This document shows, piece by piece, positions 37,939-47,376 of a DNA stretch of 64,000 nucleotides (the stretch's first letter is position 1; every line of letters starts with the position of its first letter). A program made the position numbers and the translations under genes. The stretch comes from an uncultured Gammaproteobacteria bacterium (GTDB taxonomy: Bacteria; Patescibacteriota; Microgenomatia; Levybacterales; UBA12049): NCBI GenBank assembly GCA_965230895.1, contig OZ246394.1, positions 1,057,887 to 1,121,886 of the forward strand, given 5' to 3'. The notes below the pieces were generated by a model. It did no database searches. It worked only from the letters and a program-made list of their open reading frames with translations, and was not told the DNA's origin.

Positions 37939-39093
37939 TCACTCAGCATCTTTTAGTATCTGATGCTCAAAAGCTTTGGCAGATGCCACCACTAATTTAG
38001 GTTGAGGAGCCCAAGGACCCGAATGTGTTGAAAGTGAAGCAACAGCTATTCTGTTATTATCCCCGAGTAAAAAATCTCTAGCATCATCCACATCCATCAT
38101 GGCATCTTGTTCGGGAACTATGATATTTATCTTTAAACCAGCATTTCTCCATTCAGTCATTTTGCCAAGTACTCGCCCATTCATAAACGTATCCCATAAC
38201 AACTTTCTTGTCTTTTTAGCAGCCTCTTTACTTTTAGGATATACAGTTTCCTCTCGTTCAGGATCTCCAAAGTCATCAGAATAACTATTTCTGAAAGATT
38301 CATTAACTACTTTTGATGTGAGCCGACCCCTTTGGCGTAATGCTTTCCTAGCGGCACGTCGATTATGCCTTGAAGGAACTTCATCTTGAATAGCTTCGTT
38401 CAATCGAGTATCCAGCACTTCTAGTTTTTTTCGTTCTTCCTCAGATAAATACGGCAAATAATTCCTATCGGGATTGAAGTCTAGTTCTTGGACAGATCCA
38501 TCTGCTTTAGATAAAGCGCCTGAAACAATGCGAATCCCTTTAACAAGTTTTTCTCTAGCTACTCCTTCTGGGGGTATCACCGCTGATGAAACTATTCCAT
38601 GAAGAATTCCTGTTTTCCCTGGCAAAGTTAATCCGAGAGCTCCCTTTTCTTGGATTCCAAGAGTAATATACTTTGAGCCATAGCGTAAACCTTGACGCCA
38701 ATTCGCCAAGAAACTTGCTGGAGAAATAAGCACAAGTTGTAGATTATCTAGATTTTCTTTTTGTTTGAAAAAGTTTGGATCTTCTTTAACAATCTCATCC
38801 AAGGCAGCCACTGTTTCCGATGCACCAAAAGAGTAAGCAAGAACAGTTGTTGGCCCTTTTATAATCTTTTCTTTAAGATCAGCACCCATTTGTTGAAATC
38901 TATCTGGAGAAGGTCTATCTCCAAATAGTACAGAATTATAAACAGATACATTATCGCGGCCATATTGTTCGTGCAAAGCTCCTTTAATAGTACGCATGCC
39001 GTCATAAGTACCCGTCGCACCAGAAATAAACACTACCTGTTGTTCCTTTTTCGGTTTTAGAACTTCTAGCCTTGGACCTGGGATTTCGCTCAT
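37939..39093 (-). CDS. Orphan alpha/beta-hydrolase-fold protein
   Basis: VVFISG, nucleophile elbow LAYSFGA, LVLISPA, late Asp (EQDAM) and His (STHSG). Confidence 0.6.
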   Translation of the reverse strand: MSEIPGPRLEVLKPKKEQQVVFISGATGTYDGMRTIKGALHEQYGRDNVSVYNSVLFGDRPSPDRFQQMGADLKEKIIKGPTTVLAYSFGASETVAALDEIVKEDPNFFKQKENLDNLQLVLISPASFLANWRQGLRYGSKYITLGIQEKGALGLTLPGKTGILHGIVSSAVIPPEGVAREKLVKGIRIVSGALSKADGSVQELDFNPDRNYLPYLSEEERKKLEVLDTRLNEAIQDEVPSRHNRRAARKALRQRGRLTSKVVNESFRNSYSDDFGDPEREETVYPKSKEAAKKTRKLLWDTFMNGRVLGKMTEWRNAGLKINIIVPEQDAMMDVDDARDFLLGDNNRIAVASLSTHSGPWAPQPKLVVASAKAFEHQILKDAE

Positions 39094-39143
39094 GAGGAAA
39101 TTATACCAAATTGTATGTAGAAACTAAGTTTATGAGGGGATTT

Positions 39144-40247
39144 TTAGAGATTCTCGGAGAATTCTTCATCTTCACTTTCTTCGCCGCCGACGACAAGAGG
39201 GGCTCTACCATCTTTATTCTGAGCCATGATTTTTTCTACGATTTCTTTCTGCATTGCAGGATTTTCCTTGATCTTTTCAACAGTAGCTAATTTACCTTGT
39301 CCAAGGAGCTCATCATTGTAGCGATAGAATGCCCCAGACTTACTAATAACTCCCATTTCCACACCAACATCTACAATCCCACCTTCACGAGAGATACCAT
39401 CATTTGTAATATCAAATTCCGCAATTCTAAATGGAGCTGAAATCTTATTTTTAACAACTTTGACTCGGTGGCGTGAACCAACGACTTTATCGCCATCTTT
39501 AATTGTTTCAATCTTACGGATATCCATACGAACAGATGCATAGAATTTCAATGCCATACCACCAGTGGTTGTTTCAGGGTTACCAAACATAACACCAATC
39601 TTTTGTCGAAGTTGATTAGTAAAGATAACGATTGTACGAGATTTTGCGATAACTGCTGTCAATTTACGAAGCGCTTGTGACATCAAACGTGCTTGTAGCC
39701 CCATAACTGAATCACCCATTTCACCTTCAATTTCAGCTCGTGGAACTAATGCTGCAACAGAATCGACAACCAACACATCTACTCCTCCAGATCTGACCAA
39801 ACTCTCTGTAATTTCAAGCGCTTGTTCACCGGTATCTGGCTGCGAGATAAGAAGTTCTTCCAAATTAACACCCAACTGTTGCGCACGAAGTGGATCAAGC
39901 GCATGCTCTGCATCGATAAAAGCAGCAATGCCACCATGCTTTTGTGCTTGTGCAATTGTTGAAAGACAAACAGTCGTTTTACCTGAAGCTTCAGGTCCAT
40001 AAATTTCTACAATTCTTCCTCGAGGGAGACCACCTGCACCAAGTGCGAGATCAAGTGGGAGACAGCCAGTTGAAACAACAGATATATCTAATTTTTGAGC
40101 AGCTTCTCCAAACCGCATGATTGATCCTCGACCATATTGTTTCTCGATTTGGTCCATCGCCATACGAATAGATTCTAACTTTTTTGCAGAGTCACTTTGT
40201 TGTTCTACTGGAGCTTGTTTTTGTGAATTTGAGGATGATCTAGCCAT
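39144..40247 (-). CDS. recA: Recombinase RecA
   Basis: [41 protein letters not shown]. Confidence 0.99.
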   Translation of the reverse strand: MARSSSNSQKQAPVEQQSDSAKKLESIRMAMDQIEKQYGRGSIMRFGEAAQKLDISVVSTGCLPLDLALGAGGLPRGRIVEIYGPEASGKTTVCLSTIAQAQKHGGIAAFIDAEHALDPLRAQQLGVNLEELLISQPDTGEQALEITESLVRSGGVDVLVVDSVAALVPRAEIEGEMGDSVMGLQARLMSQALRKLTAVIAKSRTIVIFTNQLRQKIGVMFGNPETTTGGMALKFYASVRMDIRKIETIKDGDKVVGSRHRVKVVKNKISAPFRIAEFDITNDGISREGGIVDVGVEMGVISKSGAFYRYNDELLGQGKLATVEKIKENPAMQKEIVEKIMAQNKDGRAPLVVGGEESEDEEFSENL

Positions 40248-40447
40248 AAATTTATACCCATTGTAACACTCTGGAAATAAAATACAAGTACCAATTTCGT
40301 CTATTTTTTGTTAACATTCTGAATTAAACTTGTATCTTACGATATGAGACATAACTCTATAATACATAGTTTTACATAAAATCACAAGAGACAATTTATA
40401 TAAGATAACAGCCTAAAATAGTATCCAAACAATTCGAGTATCGGAGA

Positions 40448-41089
40448 TTAAAGTTGTGGAGATTGTCTATTTGGGATTGTTGAACCTGAACCACTAGCAG
40501 CACCAGCTCCTGCTGTTCCGACAGTGATAACAGTACCTGTTCCTGACTTAAGAACGGAATTTGCAACTCCTCGTGCTGTCACAAGTGTGGTAGGTAAAAG
40601 ACCAAGTTGTGTTTCTTTACCAAGAGCATTTGCTCGGACGGTAAATGTAACTGTTGCGACTACACCAGTTCCTTTAATTGGAGTTCCATTTGGTGTAATT
40701 CCGAATGCATATGTGTATCTTCCAGTTTGTGGATCATTCTTATCGATAAGCACTGCTGGATTTTGAATCAATGTACCTGGGATAACCTTAACATTTGAAA
40801 GAACAGTTGGATCATAGCCAAGTTCTAATTGGACCGCTGTTACATCATTTGATGATGTATCAATACTTACTTGTGCTGTACCTTGTTGTCCAGGAGCAAC
40901 AGTAATTGGATTTGGTGCTAATGCTAAAACAGTATTTGCAGGAGTTGTTGGTTCAGGTTGTTGCACTGTTCGAGAAGGTGTTGGGATTGATGGCGCATTT
41001 TGTTGCTGTCCTGCACGAAGTGCTACGACGAAAAGTACAACAGTTACGATTACGAGTCCAGTAATGAGAGCAAGAGTTTTTCTTGGCAT
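40448..41089 (-). CDS. Membrane-anchored cohesin-like domain protein
   Basis: N-terminal TM, P/T linker, VTAVQLELGYDP...GTGVVATVTF. Confidence 0.8.
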   Translation of the reverse strand: MPRKTLALITGLVIVTVVLFVVALRAGQQQNAPSIPTPSRTVQQPEPTTPANTVLALAPNPITVAPGQQGTAQVSIDTSSNDVTAVQLELGYDPTVLSNVKVIPGTLIQNPAVLIDKNDPQTGRYTYAFGITPNGTPIKGTGVVATVTFTVRANALGKETQLGLLPTTLVTARGVANSVLKSGTGTVITVGTAGAGAASGSGSTIPNRQSPQL

Positions 41090-41209
41090 AGTCTACATCC
41101 ATAGTAATACATTTTTTTCATCTATTGCAATAGAGACAAACTGTATCACACTAGTTGAGCGAACTTCTTACTAGCACCAAGTTTCAAAGCGTTTTATAAT
41201 AATGGTATT

Positions 41210-41875
41210 ATGGTGCTCTTTTTCCTTTTCCTTGCAGAGCTTTTTATCCTCTTTCTTCTTTCACGACAAGTAACAAGGAATCTCTCCTATCTTTTATATT
41301 TTTTAACGAGAAGCAAAAAAGTTACCATACATATAATGGCATTTCTATTTTTTCCAGGTACAGTTATCCATGAACTTTCGCATGCAATTATGGCAGGGCT
41401 CCTCGGAGTACGTGTAGGAACAATGGAGTTTATTCCAGTTATTGAGGGAGAACGAGTTAAACTTGGTAGCGTACAAGTCGCACAAACAGATTTTGTCAGA
41501 AGATTTTTCATAGGAGCTGCACCATTCTTTACTGGTACATTACTTATCTTGGGACTATTGTATTATGCGGCGAGTAATCAACTCTTCGGAAACATATGGA
41601 TTACGCTTTTGATTGGTTACGCGGTTTTCGAAATCGGCAATACTATGTTTTCTAGCAAAAAAGATATGGAAGGAGCATTGGAGCTACTAATTACAATTGT
41701 AGTCGTAACTGTAATCATTTATCTTCTGGGTGTTCGCCTTCCAGCAATGAATTTAGAAAACTTCTTCATGAATCAGCTCGTACAGGATATTTTACAAAAA
41801 GGCGCAATATTCCTTCTTTTCCCTATAATACTCGATCTTGCAGTTATCGGATTACTGCAAGTTTTTAAACGTTGA
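41210..41875 (+). CDS. Membrane metalloprotease-like protein (M50-like)
   Basis: FPGTVIHELSH (HExxH) and IGAAP within TM segments. Confidence 0.75.
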   Translation: MVLFFLFLAELFILFLLSRQVTRNLSYLLYFLTRSKKVTIHIMAFLFFPGTVIHELSHAIMAGLLGVRVGTMEFIPVIEGERVKLGSVQVAQTDFVRRFFIGAAPFFTGTLLILGLLYYAASNQLFGNIWITLLIGYAVFEIGNTMFSSKKDMEGALELLITIVVVTVIIYLLGVRLPAMNLENFFMNQLVQDILQKGAIFLLFPIILDLAVIGLLQVFKR

Positions 41876-41914
41876 TCTTTGTAAAAATGTCCCTTTTGCG
41901 ATAGAATGGATTTC

Positions 41915-42379
41915 ATGTCAAAGAATTTTCTCATAGCTTGTGTAATTGGCGTCCTTTCTCTCGTTATATTCGGATACTTCATTTTTGGACTTAATGGAAG
42001 ACCGACATCGAATACAATTACTGCAGATGCGCCTAGCAGCTTAACTCCAACAGTCGCTGAAAATGTAAAGATTGAAGATCTTATCGTTGGGGATGGTAAA
42101 GCTGTTAAATCAGGAGATAGCGTTGTACTTAATTATTCTGGAACACTTACTGATGGAACCAAATTTGATAGTTCTTATGACCGTAATGAACCTTTCGAAA
42201 CGAAAATTGGTGTTGGGCAAGTTATAAAAGGCTGGGATCTTGGCGTTGTCGGAATGAAAGTGGGCGGAAAAAGAAAGTTAACTATCCCGCCTTCTCTTGC
42301 ATATGGTGATCAAGCTGTTGAAAATATACCACCAAATTCAATTCTTATATTTGAGATTGAACTACTCCAAATAAAGTAG
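41915..42379 (+). CDS. Membrane-anchored FKBP-type peptidyl-prolyl isomerase
   Basis: YSGTL, KFDSS, VIKGWD, GGKRKL, LIFEIEL. Confidence 0.95.
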   Translation: MSKNFLIACVIGVLSLVIFGYFIFGLNGRPTSNTITADAPSSLTPTVAENVKIEDLIVGDGKAVKSGDSVVLNYSGTLTDGTKFDSSYDRNEPFETKIGVGQVIKGWDLGVVGMKVGGKRKLTIPPSLAYGDQAVENIPPNSILIFEIELLQIK

Positions 42380-42496
42380 CTCTCTTCTTTTTGTTACTTC
42401 AATACCTTTTTTATTTTGCAATAAAAAGCAGTATCCTACTATAGAGATATCTTGCAAAAAACTATCTTGCGTATATTTCAAAAGTAAAATACTGCT

Positions 42497-42760
42497 TTAT
42501 ACTGTTTTTGTCGATGATGCATTACGCGCTTCGCAGACTTTGCAGTCTTTAACGTGCGTAACGAGTAGGTATAAACCTGAAGCACCAACTAATATATAGA
42601 ATGCATTAAGAACATCGGGATTAAAACCTAATACTTGTTGAATAAGATCAAATCCTTCTCCATTTGCATCCGCAGGGATGATACCAAACAAACCTAAATC
42701 AATTGCGCCTATCATTACAAGCACAAATGCTATCATGTGAATCCATTTTTTTGCTGTCAT
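42497..42760 (-). CDS. DUF378-like small membrane protein
   Basis: LVMIGAIDLGLFG...FYILVGASG; AGGAGGTGA SD. Confidence 0.75.
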   Translation of the reverse strand: MTAKKWIHMIAFVLVMIGAIDLGLFGIIPADANGEGFDLIQQVLGFNPDVLNAFYILVGASGLYLLVTHVKDCKVCEARNASSTKTV

Positions 42761-42839
42761 AAATTACTTCAATCACCTCCTATCTGCTACCAGCTCATCT
42801 AGTCTACTAATAATGCTAATTTACCGTCAAGTGGGATTT

Positions 42840-43292
42840 TCAGGAAACTTCAGTGTCAGAGTGGTGCTTTTTTTCGTTTGGCTCATGCACATGGTACTTT
42901 TCTACTTTTTCTGTAACGAGGAGCAATCCTGCTGCAATAAATACTAAATTCTTGAGCGCATGTTCACCAGCAAGAGAAAGGACAGGGAAACGAGGAGCGA
43001 ACCCCTGTGTAAACAATATAGCAAGCGTCAGGATGCTCAGATGCACACTCATTACAATGGCTGCGAACTTAACAAACTTATTGGAGAGGAATGCCGCTCC
43101 GATAAGAATTTCTAAAAATGCTGCAACAAATAATAACAATTGCGATTCTCCAAGTCCAGGAATTGCTTTAATTAGAATATCCTCAACCGGAGATGCATTA
43201 AAAAGTTTGAGAACCCCCATCCATACAAAGACAATACCGAGAGCTATTCGAAGAACCATGGTAGCCCGCTCACGAAGAAAATCTAACGACAT
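42840..43292 (-). CDS. DoxX-family membrane protein
   Basis: LRIALGIVFVWMGVLK, EILIG, KNLV; likely start MSLD at 43292. Confidence 0.8.
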   Translation of the reverse strand: MSLDFLRERATMVLRIALGIVFVWMGVLKLFNASPVEDILIKAIPGLGESQLLLFVAAFLEILIGAAFLSNKFVKFAAIVMSVHLSILTLAILFTQGFAPRFPVLSLAGEHALKNLVFIAAGLLLVTEKVEKYHVHEPNEKKHHSDTEVS

Positions 43293-43337
43293 ACCAAGAG
43301 TATAGCACCTGTACAAATTAAGGACTATAATGAACTT

Positions 43338-43520
43338 ATGAGCATAGGCGAAACAGTCATTGCATTTCTTCTTGGAGTTATTGCATGGTTGCTCTATCAG
43401 ATTGCGAAACAATTAAGCTATCTTACAGGTAAACGGATCAGGTTCCGATTGCTTCCATTGCGGCCAAAGAATCTTTTAAAACAACCCCCAGGCCGCGGCG
43501 AAGAGAAATTACCTAATTGA
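43338..43520 (+). CDS. Small single-TM hypothetical protein
   Basis: TATAAT 6 nt before ATG; hydrophobic N-terminus, basic tail. Confidence 0.6.
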   Translation: MSIGETVIAFLLGVIAWLLYQIAKQLSYLTGKRIRFRLLPLRPKNLLKQPPGRGEEKLPN

Positions 43521-43551
43521 CTTTCCAGCCTCCTCCTTTCATACTCTAGGT

Positions 43552-43899
43552 ATGTTTAAGCATCTTACAGACTTTGGATATGTCAGGTCCCGTAAAGAAG
43601 CCATCGGCTTTTATATAGCGTATTTGCTGCTTATTGCGATCGCTGCAGCAATCATCGGAGCAATTGTTGCTATCTTTATCTATGAAGACGCATTTGATGT
43701 GGGAGTAAAGCTTGGAACGATTGTCGGAATAATTTCAAGCATAACCCTTTCCTATAAAATTCTAACCGCAAAAAATCTTACAGGGAATATATGGCTCTTA
43801 CTTTTAGCTCTTATTGGAGGATTACTTCAAACTCTTGCAGGTGGAGTTGCAAGCCTTATTGTTCCTGCGTACCTTTCGACATTAAAGAGACACAAATAA
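43552..43899 (+). CDS. Hypothetical membrane protein (paralog of 44654-45145)
   Basis: F..L.DF.Y.R...E...FYI.YL motif; multiple TM. Confidence 0.75.
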   Translation: MFKHLTDFGYVRSRKEAIGFYIAYLLLIAIAAAIIGAIVAIFIYEDAFDVGVKLGTIVGIISSITLSYKILTAKNLTGNIWLLLLALIGGLLQTLAGGVASLIVPAYLSTLKRHK

Positions 43900-44364
43900 T
43901 TAGATTGCACTTCCTAAGTCTTTCAGATCCTGCATTATATCCTTTGCGTGAACTACTGGATCAACATTCTCATAATGTTTTACGATAATGCCGTCAGGAT
44001 TGATAAGAAACGTTTCGCGCTTTACACCAGGTTTATCATTAAATAGCTTCAAAGCCCATGCACCATATACTTTACTTACTTCAGCATCTGTATCAGCTAG
44101 GATTGGAAAATTTAACTGATGCTTTTGAGCAAAATCCTTGTGAGAATCGATTGAATCTAATGAGATACCCAAAACGACAACATCGTGCTTCTGAAAATCT
44201 TCGAAAGCATCTCTAAAAGCGCATGCTTCTGTCGTACAACCTGGTGTGTCATCTTTTGGATAAAAGTATAATATAACCCATTTTCCCTGGTAATCTTTAA
44301 GAGTATGGTTGACCCCATCTTGATCTGGAAGAGTAAATTGAGGTGCTTTTTGGTGTAGTTGCAT
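43900..44364 (-). CDS. bcp: Peroxiredoxin Bcp/PrxQ
   Basis: YFYPKDDTPGCTTEAC. Confidence 0.96.
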   Translation of the reverse strand: MQLHQKAPQFTLPDQDGVNHTLKDYQGKWVILYFYPKDDTPGCTTEACAFRDAFEDFQKHDVVVLGISLDSIDSHKDFAQKHQLNFPILADTDAEVSKVYGAWALKLFNDKPGVKRETFLINPDGIIVKHYENVDPVVHAKDIMQDLKDLGSAI

Positions 44365-44422
44365 GCCACTATCCTAACACAATTGACACAATCTATCAAA
44401 AGCAGTATAGTGATTTTTTTCT

Positions 44423-44611
44423 ATGGCAGAACGACTGACAGGAGTCGAAAGACTTTTCTACAAACCAGAACCGAAAAAAGGTCCCTTTGCACCGACAGAT
44501 CCTGCGGTAACAAGAGAGTCCTTGAGCCCAGAGAAACCGAGAAATGACACAAGACCAGATTGGCTTAAAAACTTCAGAAATCCTCAGTACGGGGAGCGAT
44601 TGGATGACTAA
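44423..44611 (+). CDS. Small hypothetical protein
   Basis: 62 aa; TTGACA-17 nt-TATAGT promoter just upstream. Confidence 0.6.
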   Translation: MAERLTGVERLFYKPEPKKGPFAPTDPAVTRESLSPEKPRNDTRPDWLKNFRNPQYGERLDD

Positions 44612-44653
44612 TTAAATATAGTACAGATTCCGTAAAACCTGTATACTCTACTC

Positions 44654-45145
44654 ATGTACTGGCCAAAAGCATTTCGGGGACTTTTTGATTTCAGCTATCA
44701 GAGACGAGGATTGGAAGTCCCTATCTTTTATATTTCCTATCTTATCGGGTCAATCATGGCAGGAGCCGTGGTTGGGACGATTATTTCAGCGATTATGAAA
44801 AGTGATAGCATAAGAATCGCGTGGAATATTGATTACATAACTGCAAGTATTCTTTTTCTTATAGTAAGTCATCTCTTTATCTTAAAAAAAGGATTAGGTA
44901 ATGAGATCAAAATCATTTGGATTCTCCCCATCGTTGCTGCAGGTTTAACGCTTTTTGCTGGAGGGCACGTGATCGGACTAATAATTCCTACTATATTAAG
45001 TGCCATGGCAAATAAGAATAACCTTAATAAAAATACTTCAGAGAAATCACAAGATAAACCAAAAGAAGAAAATAAATCTGAAGCTCAAACAGTTCAAGAA
45101 ACTGCGTCTAAACAAGAATCTGATCCTTTTCAACAAGCTGCATAA
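44654..45145 (+). CDS. Hypothetical membrane protein (paralog of 43552-43899) with charged tail
   Basis: Shared N-terminal motif and AGG..LI.P..LS end. Confidence 0.75.
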   Translation: MYWPKAFRGLFDFSYQRRGLEVPIFYISYLIGSIMAGAVVGTIISAIMKSDSIRIAWNIDYITASILFLIVSHLFILKKGLGNEIKIIWILPIVAAGLTLFAGGHVIGLIIPTILSAMANKNNLNKNTSEKSQDKPKEENKSEAQTVQETASKQESDPFQQAA

Positions 45146-45261
45146 ATTTAATTTTCTCTTCACCCTTATTTGCCGTCCAAACCACATTATTCTCAATTTC
45201 TTGAGAACTATAGATGGTATTGTTACTTGAAAAGTCTCTGTCACAGCGCCATACTAAATAT

Positions 45262-45678
45262 ATGGCACGATTTGAAAAAGATGAATTGTTGGAAGAAAAA
45301 CGGATGATGATCAGGCTTGAAGCAGCTGGATATCGCGATTATAATAAAACGCTTCTTCTGATTTCTGCTGGTGCATTTGTCCTCTCCTTTTTTCTTCTGG
45401 ATAAAATGTCTAATCCAAACTACCTGCTCTTTCTAGTTTACACTTGGCTTTTCTGGACAATAGCACTTCTTATGCAACTCGGAGCATTAAGCATGTATCC
45501 AAAAGCAATCCGTGAAGAACTATCTGCAATGCATGGAGAGCCAAAGGAAAAAGGAACGAACAGATTTAACCAGCCTTATTTTGTGATGAGTAAGATGGGA
45601 CTTTTATCTACGATTTCGCTTGGTCTGGGAATTTTCTTTTTTATCGTCTTTGTACTGTACAATCTCAACTGCTTCTAA
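45262..45678 (+). CDS. Hypothetical 3-TM membrane protein
   Basis: YNKTLLLISAGAFVLS helix; likely start MARF at 45262. Confidence 0.65.
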   Translation: MARFEKDELLEEKRMMIRLEAAGYRDYNKTLLLISAGAFVLSFFLLDKMSNPNYLLFLVYTWLFWTIALLMQLGALSMYPKAIREELSAMHGEPKEKGTNRFNQPYFVMSKMGLLSTISLGLGIFFFIVFVLYNLNCF

Positions 45679-46221
45679 TCACTTTTCTTCCGCAATTTCA
45701 GCAATAGATTTCTTACTTCGAGCTGAGAAATCGTACTCATTGGCATCATATCCTTCTTGTACAAAATCATCTTTATGTTTGATCAAAAGCCAACTGTTTT
45801 TCGGTCCCCAACCTTTGGTCTTTACCATTGCAAAAGATCCTTTCATCTTTTTACCGTGGAGCACAAATTTTATTTCTCCATTCTCAAGTCCATCCATCAT
45901 GACTTTTTCTCCTCGATCCCGGTCAGGTATTTCTTCACGAACACCTTTACTGATTTCGACTTCAGGGATATAATACCCCTCATCCCAAATCATCACTGGT
46001 CCTGCACCGTAGCTTCCTTCAGGGATGACTCCCTCAAAGTTACGATACTCCATATCATGATCCGTTGTCGGTAATGCAAGCCGTTTGAAAGCATTATCCA
46101 GAGTTGGACCTTTGGCAATTGCCCATGAAGGCATAACTCCATTAATCTCAAGGCGGAAATCGTAATGTAGATTGGTTGCTTTGTGCTTGTGAATGACAAA
46201 TTTGAGATTACCTTCAGCCAT
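45679..46221 (-). CDS. Stand-alone LigD 3'-phosphoesterase domain protein
   Basis: FVIHKHKATNLHYDFRLE, SWAIAKGP, KRLA, DH..Y..FEG.IP...YGAG.V.IWD.G, WLLIK. Confidence 0.93.
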   Translation of the reverse strand: MAEGNLKFVIHKHKATNLHYDFRLEINGVMPSWAIAKGPTLDNAFKRLALPTTDHDMEYRNFEGVIPEGSYGAGPVMIWDEGYYIPEVEISKGVREEIPDRDRGEKVMMDGLENGEIKFVLHGKKMKGSFAMVKTKGWGPKNSWLLIKHKDDFVQEGYDANEYDFSARSKKSIAEIAEEK

Positions 46222-46325
46222 AATTCTATTATACACCACGCAACAACTCTACCATTTATTGCTCATAGCAACAGATCCAAACTAGTACTTGCATTATCTA
46301 CAATCTTATAGTAAAATCATCTCTT

Positions 46326-46484
46326 ATGATAAATTATGAAGACCTGAGTGATCAGGAAAAATATATAGATTACCCAGACGAATTCGTTGCGGAACTTCGC
46401 AATGAATATCTCACTGGAAACGAGGACGAAGCGCTTAATCGTGCTGAGGAAGTCGGAATTGATATCCGAGAGATTATCAGTTAA
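46326..46484 (+). CDS. Small acidic hypothetical protein (52 aa, below ORF-track cutoff)
   Basis: MINYEDLSDQEKYIDYPDEFVAELRNEYLTGNEDEALNRAEEVGIDIREIIS*; TTGCAT...TAAAAT promoter just upstream. Confidence 0.6.
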   Translation: MINYEDLSDQEKYIDYPDEFVAELRNEYLTGNEDEALNRAEEVGIDIREIIS

Positions 46485-47193
46485 TCTCCATCCATTCTTT
46501 TACTTCACGCACACATCGATCCAAATCCTGCTTAATCTCAAAATTCCAAAACCGTATTACCTGCCAACCATTTTCTATCAACCACATATTGCGCGTAATA
46601 TCATGTGGCCAGATAAGTTCTTCATGATATCTGATACACCAATCAATATGCGTACTGCACCAACGATATACTTGCTGTTTATCAATTGAGTTAAAATCTA
46701 CATACGATCTTTCATGGTCCATCCAGTCAATTTCAATCTCGGCGTTCTCACCTTTTTTAGCAATTTGCATACCGATCGAACTCATAGCATCGGCTCGCAA
46801 ATGTTCATAGCCGTCAATTTCGATATCATATTTCTGATCATTTTGCATAATCGCAATATCCAGATGATACACTTTTCTCTTCCGTGGGTTTTCAATGGTG
46901 TAATCAAGTGAAGATTCTTCTGCTGAGAAAACTTTTTTCTTGAGAAGTTCTGTATAGAATTGCACCTCCAACCCTTTTGATGCTTCAAAGCCAAATCCTT
47001 TTAAACGCCAGGTATGCTGTCCATACATATCTTTATCTCGGATAACTGATCCTCTCAATGAACCATACAAAACACTATGTACTCTTTCTCGTTGCGATAG
47101 ATCCAATGAGAGCCGCTTGAGAATGTCTTTGGTGGAGATTGGACCATCTTGTAACGTATCTAAGATTTTGTCCTCCAATGATTTTCCAAACAT
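46477..47193 (-). CDS. DUF559/Vsr-like endonuclease with possible N-terminal winged HTH
   Basis: SKGLE..F, YHLDIA, DIEIDG.EH, D..RN.WL...GW.VIRFWN.EI; start MFGK at 47193. Confidence 0.8.
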   Translation of the reverse strand: MFGKSLEDKILDTLQDGPISTKDILKRLSLDLSQRERVHSVLYGSLRGSVIRDKDMYGQHTWRLKGFGFEASKGLEVQFYTELLKKKVFSAEESSLDYTIENPRKRKVYHLDIAIMQNDQKYDIEIDGYEHLRADAMSSIGMQIAKKGENAEIEIDWMDHERSYVDFNSIDKQQVYRWCSTHIDWCIRYHEELIWPHDITRNMWLIENGWQVIRFWNFEIKQDLDRCVREVKEWMEIN

Positions 47194-47229
47194 ATCAGTA
47201 TTGTAACAAACGTTTGCTATACTTATTTT

Positions 47230-47376
47230 ATGCATAGACCATTACATCCAATTACAGAAATGCTTATCAGAGAAATAAAAGAAGTTCGGACACTTATTGC
47301 AGATGTTCAAGATAAGCTGGCAAACGTGGATATTGATGAAGAAATTAGAAAGAGTGCTAAAGAGAAAAAAGCTTAA
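47230..47376 (+). CDS. Small coiled-coil hypothetical protein (48 aa, below ORF-track cutoff)
   Basis: MHRPLHPITEMLIREIKEVRTLIADVQDKLANVDIDEEIRKSAKEKKA*; TGCTATACT 6 nt upstream. Confidence 0.55.
   Translation: MHRPLHPITEMLIREIKEVRTLIADVQDKLANVDIDEEIRKSAKEKKA

Noticed and set aside
45679-46221. Complete NHEJ system
   Set aside because: Only the phosphoesterase domain is present; no Ku, ligase or polymerase in the window
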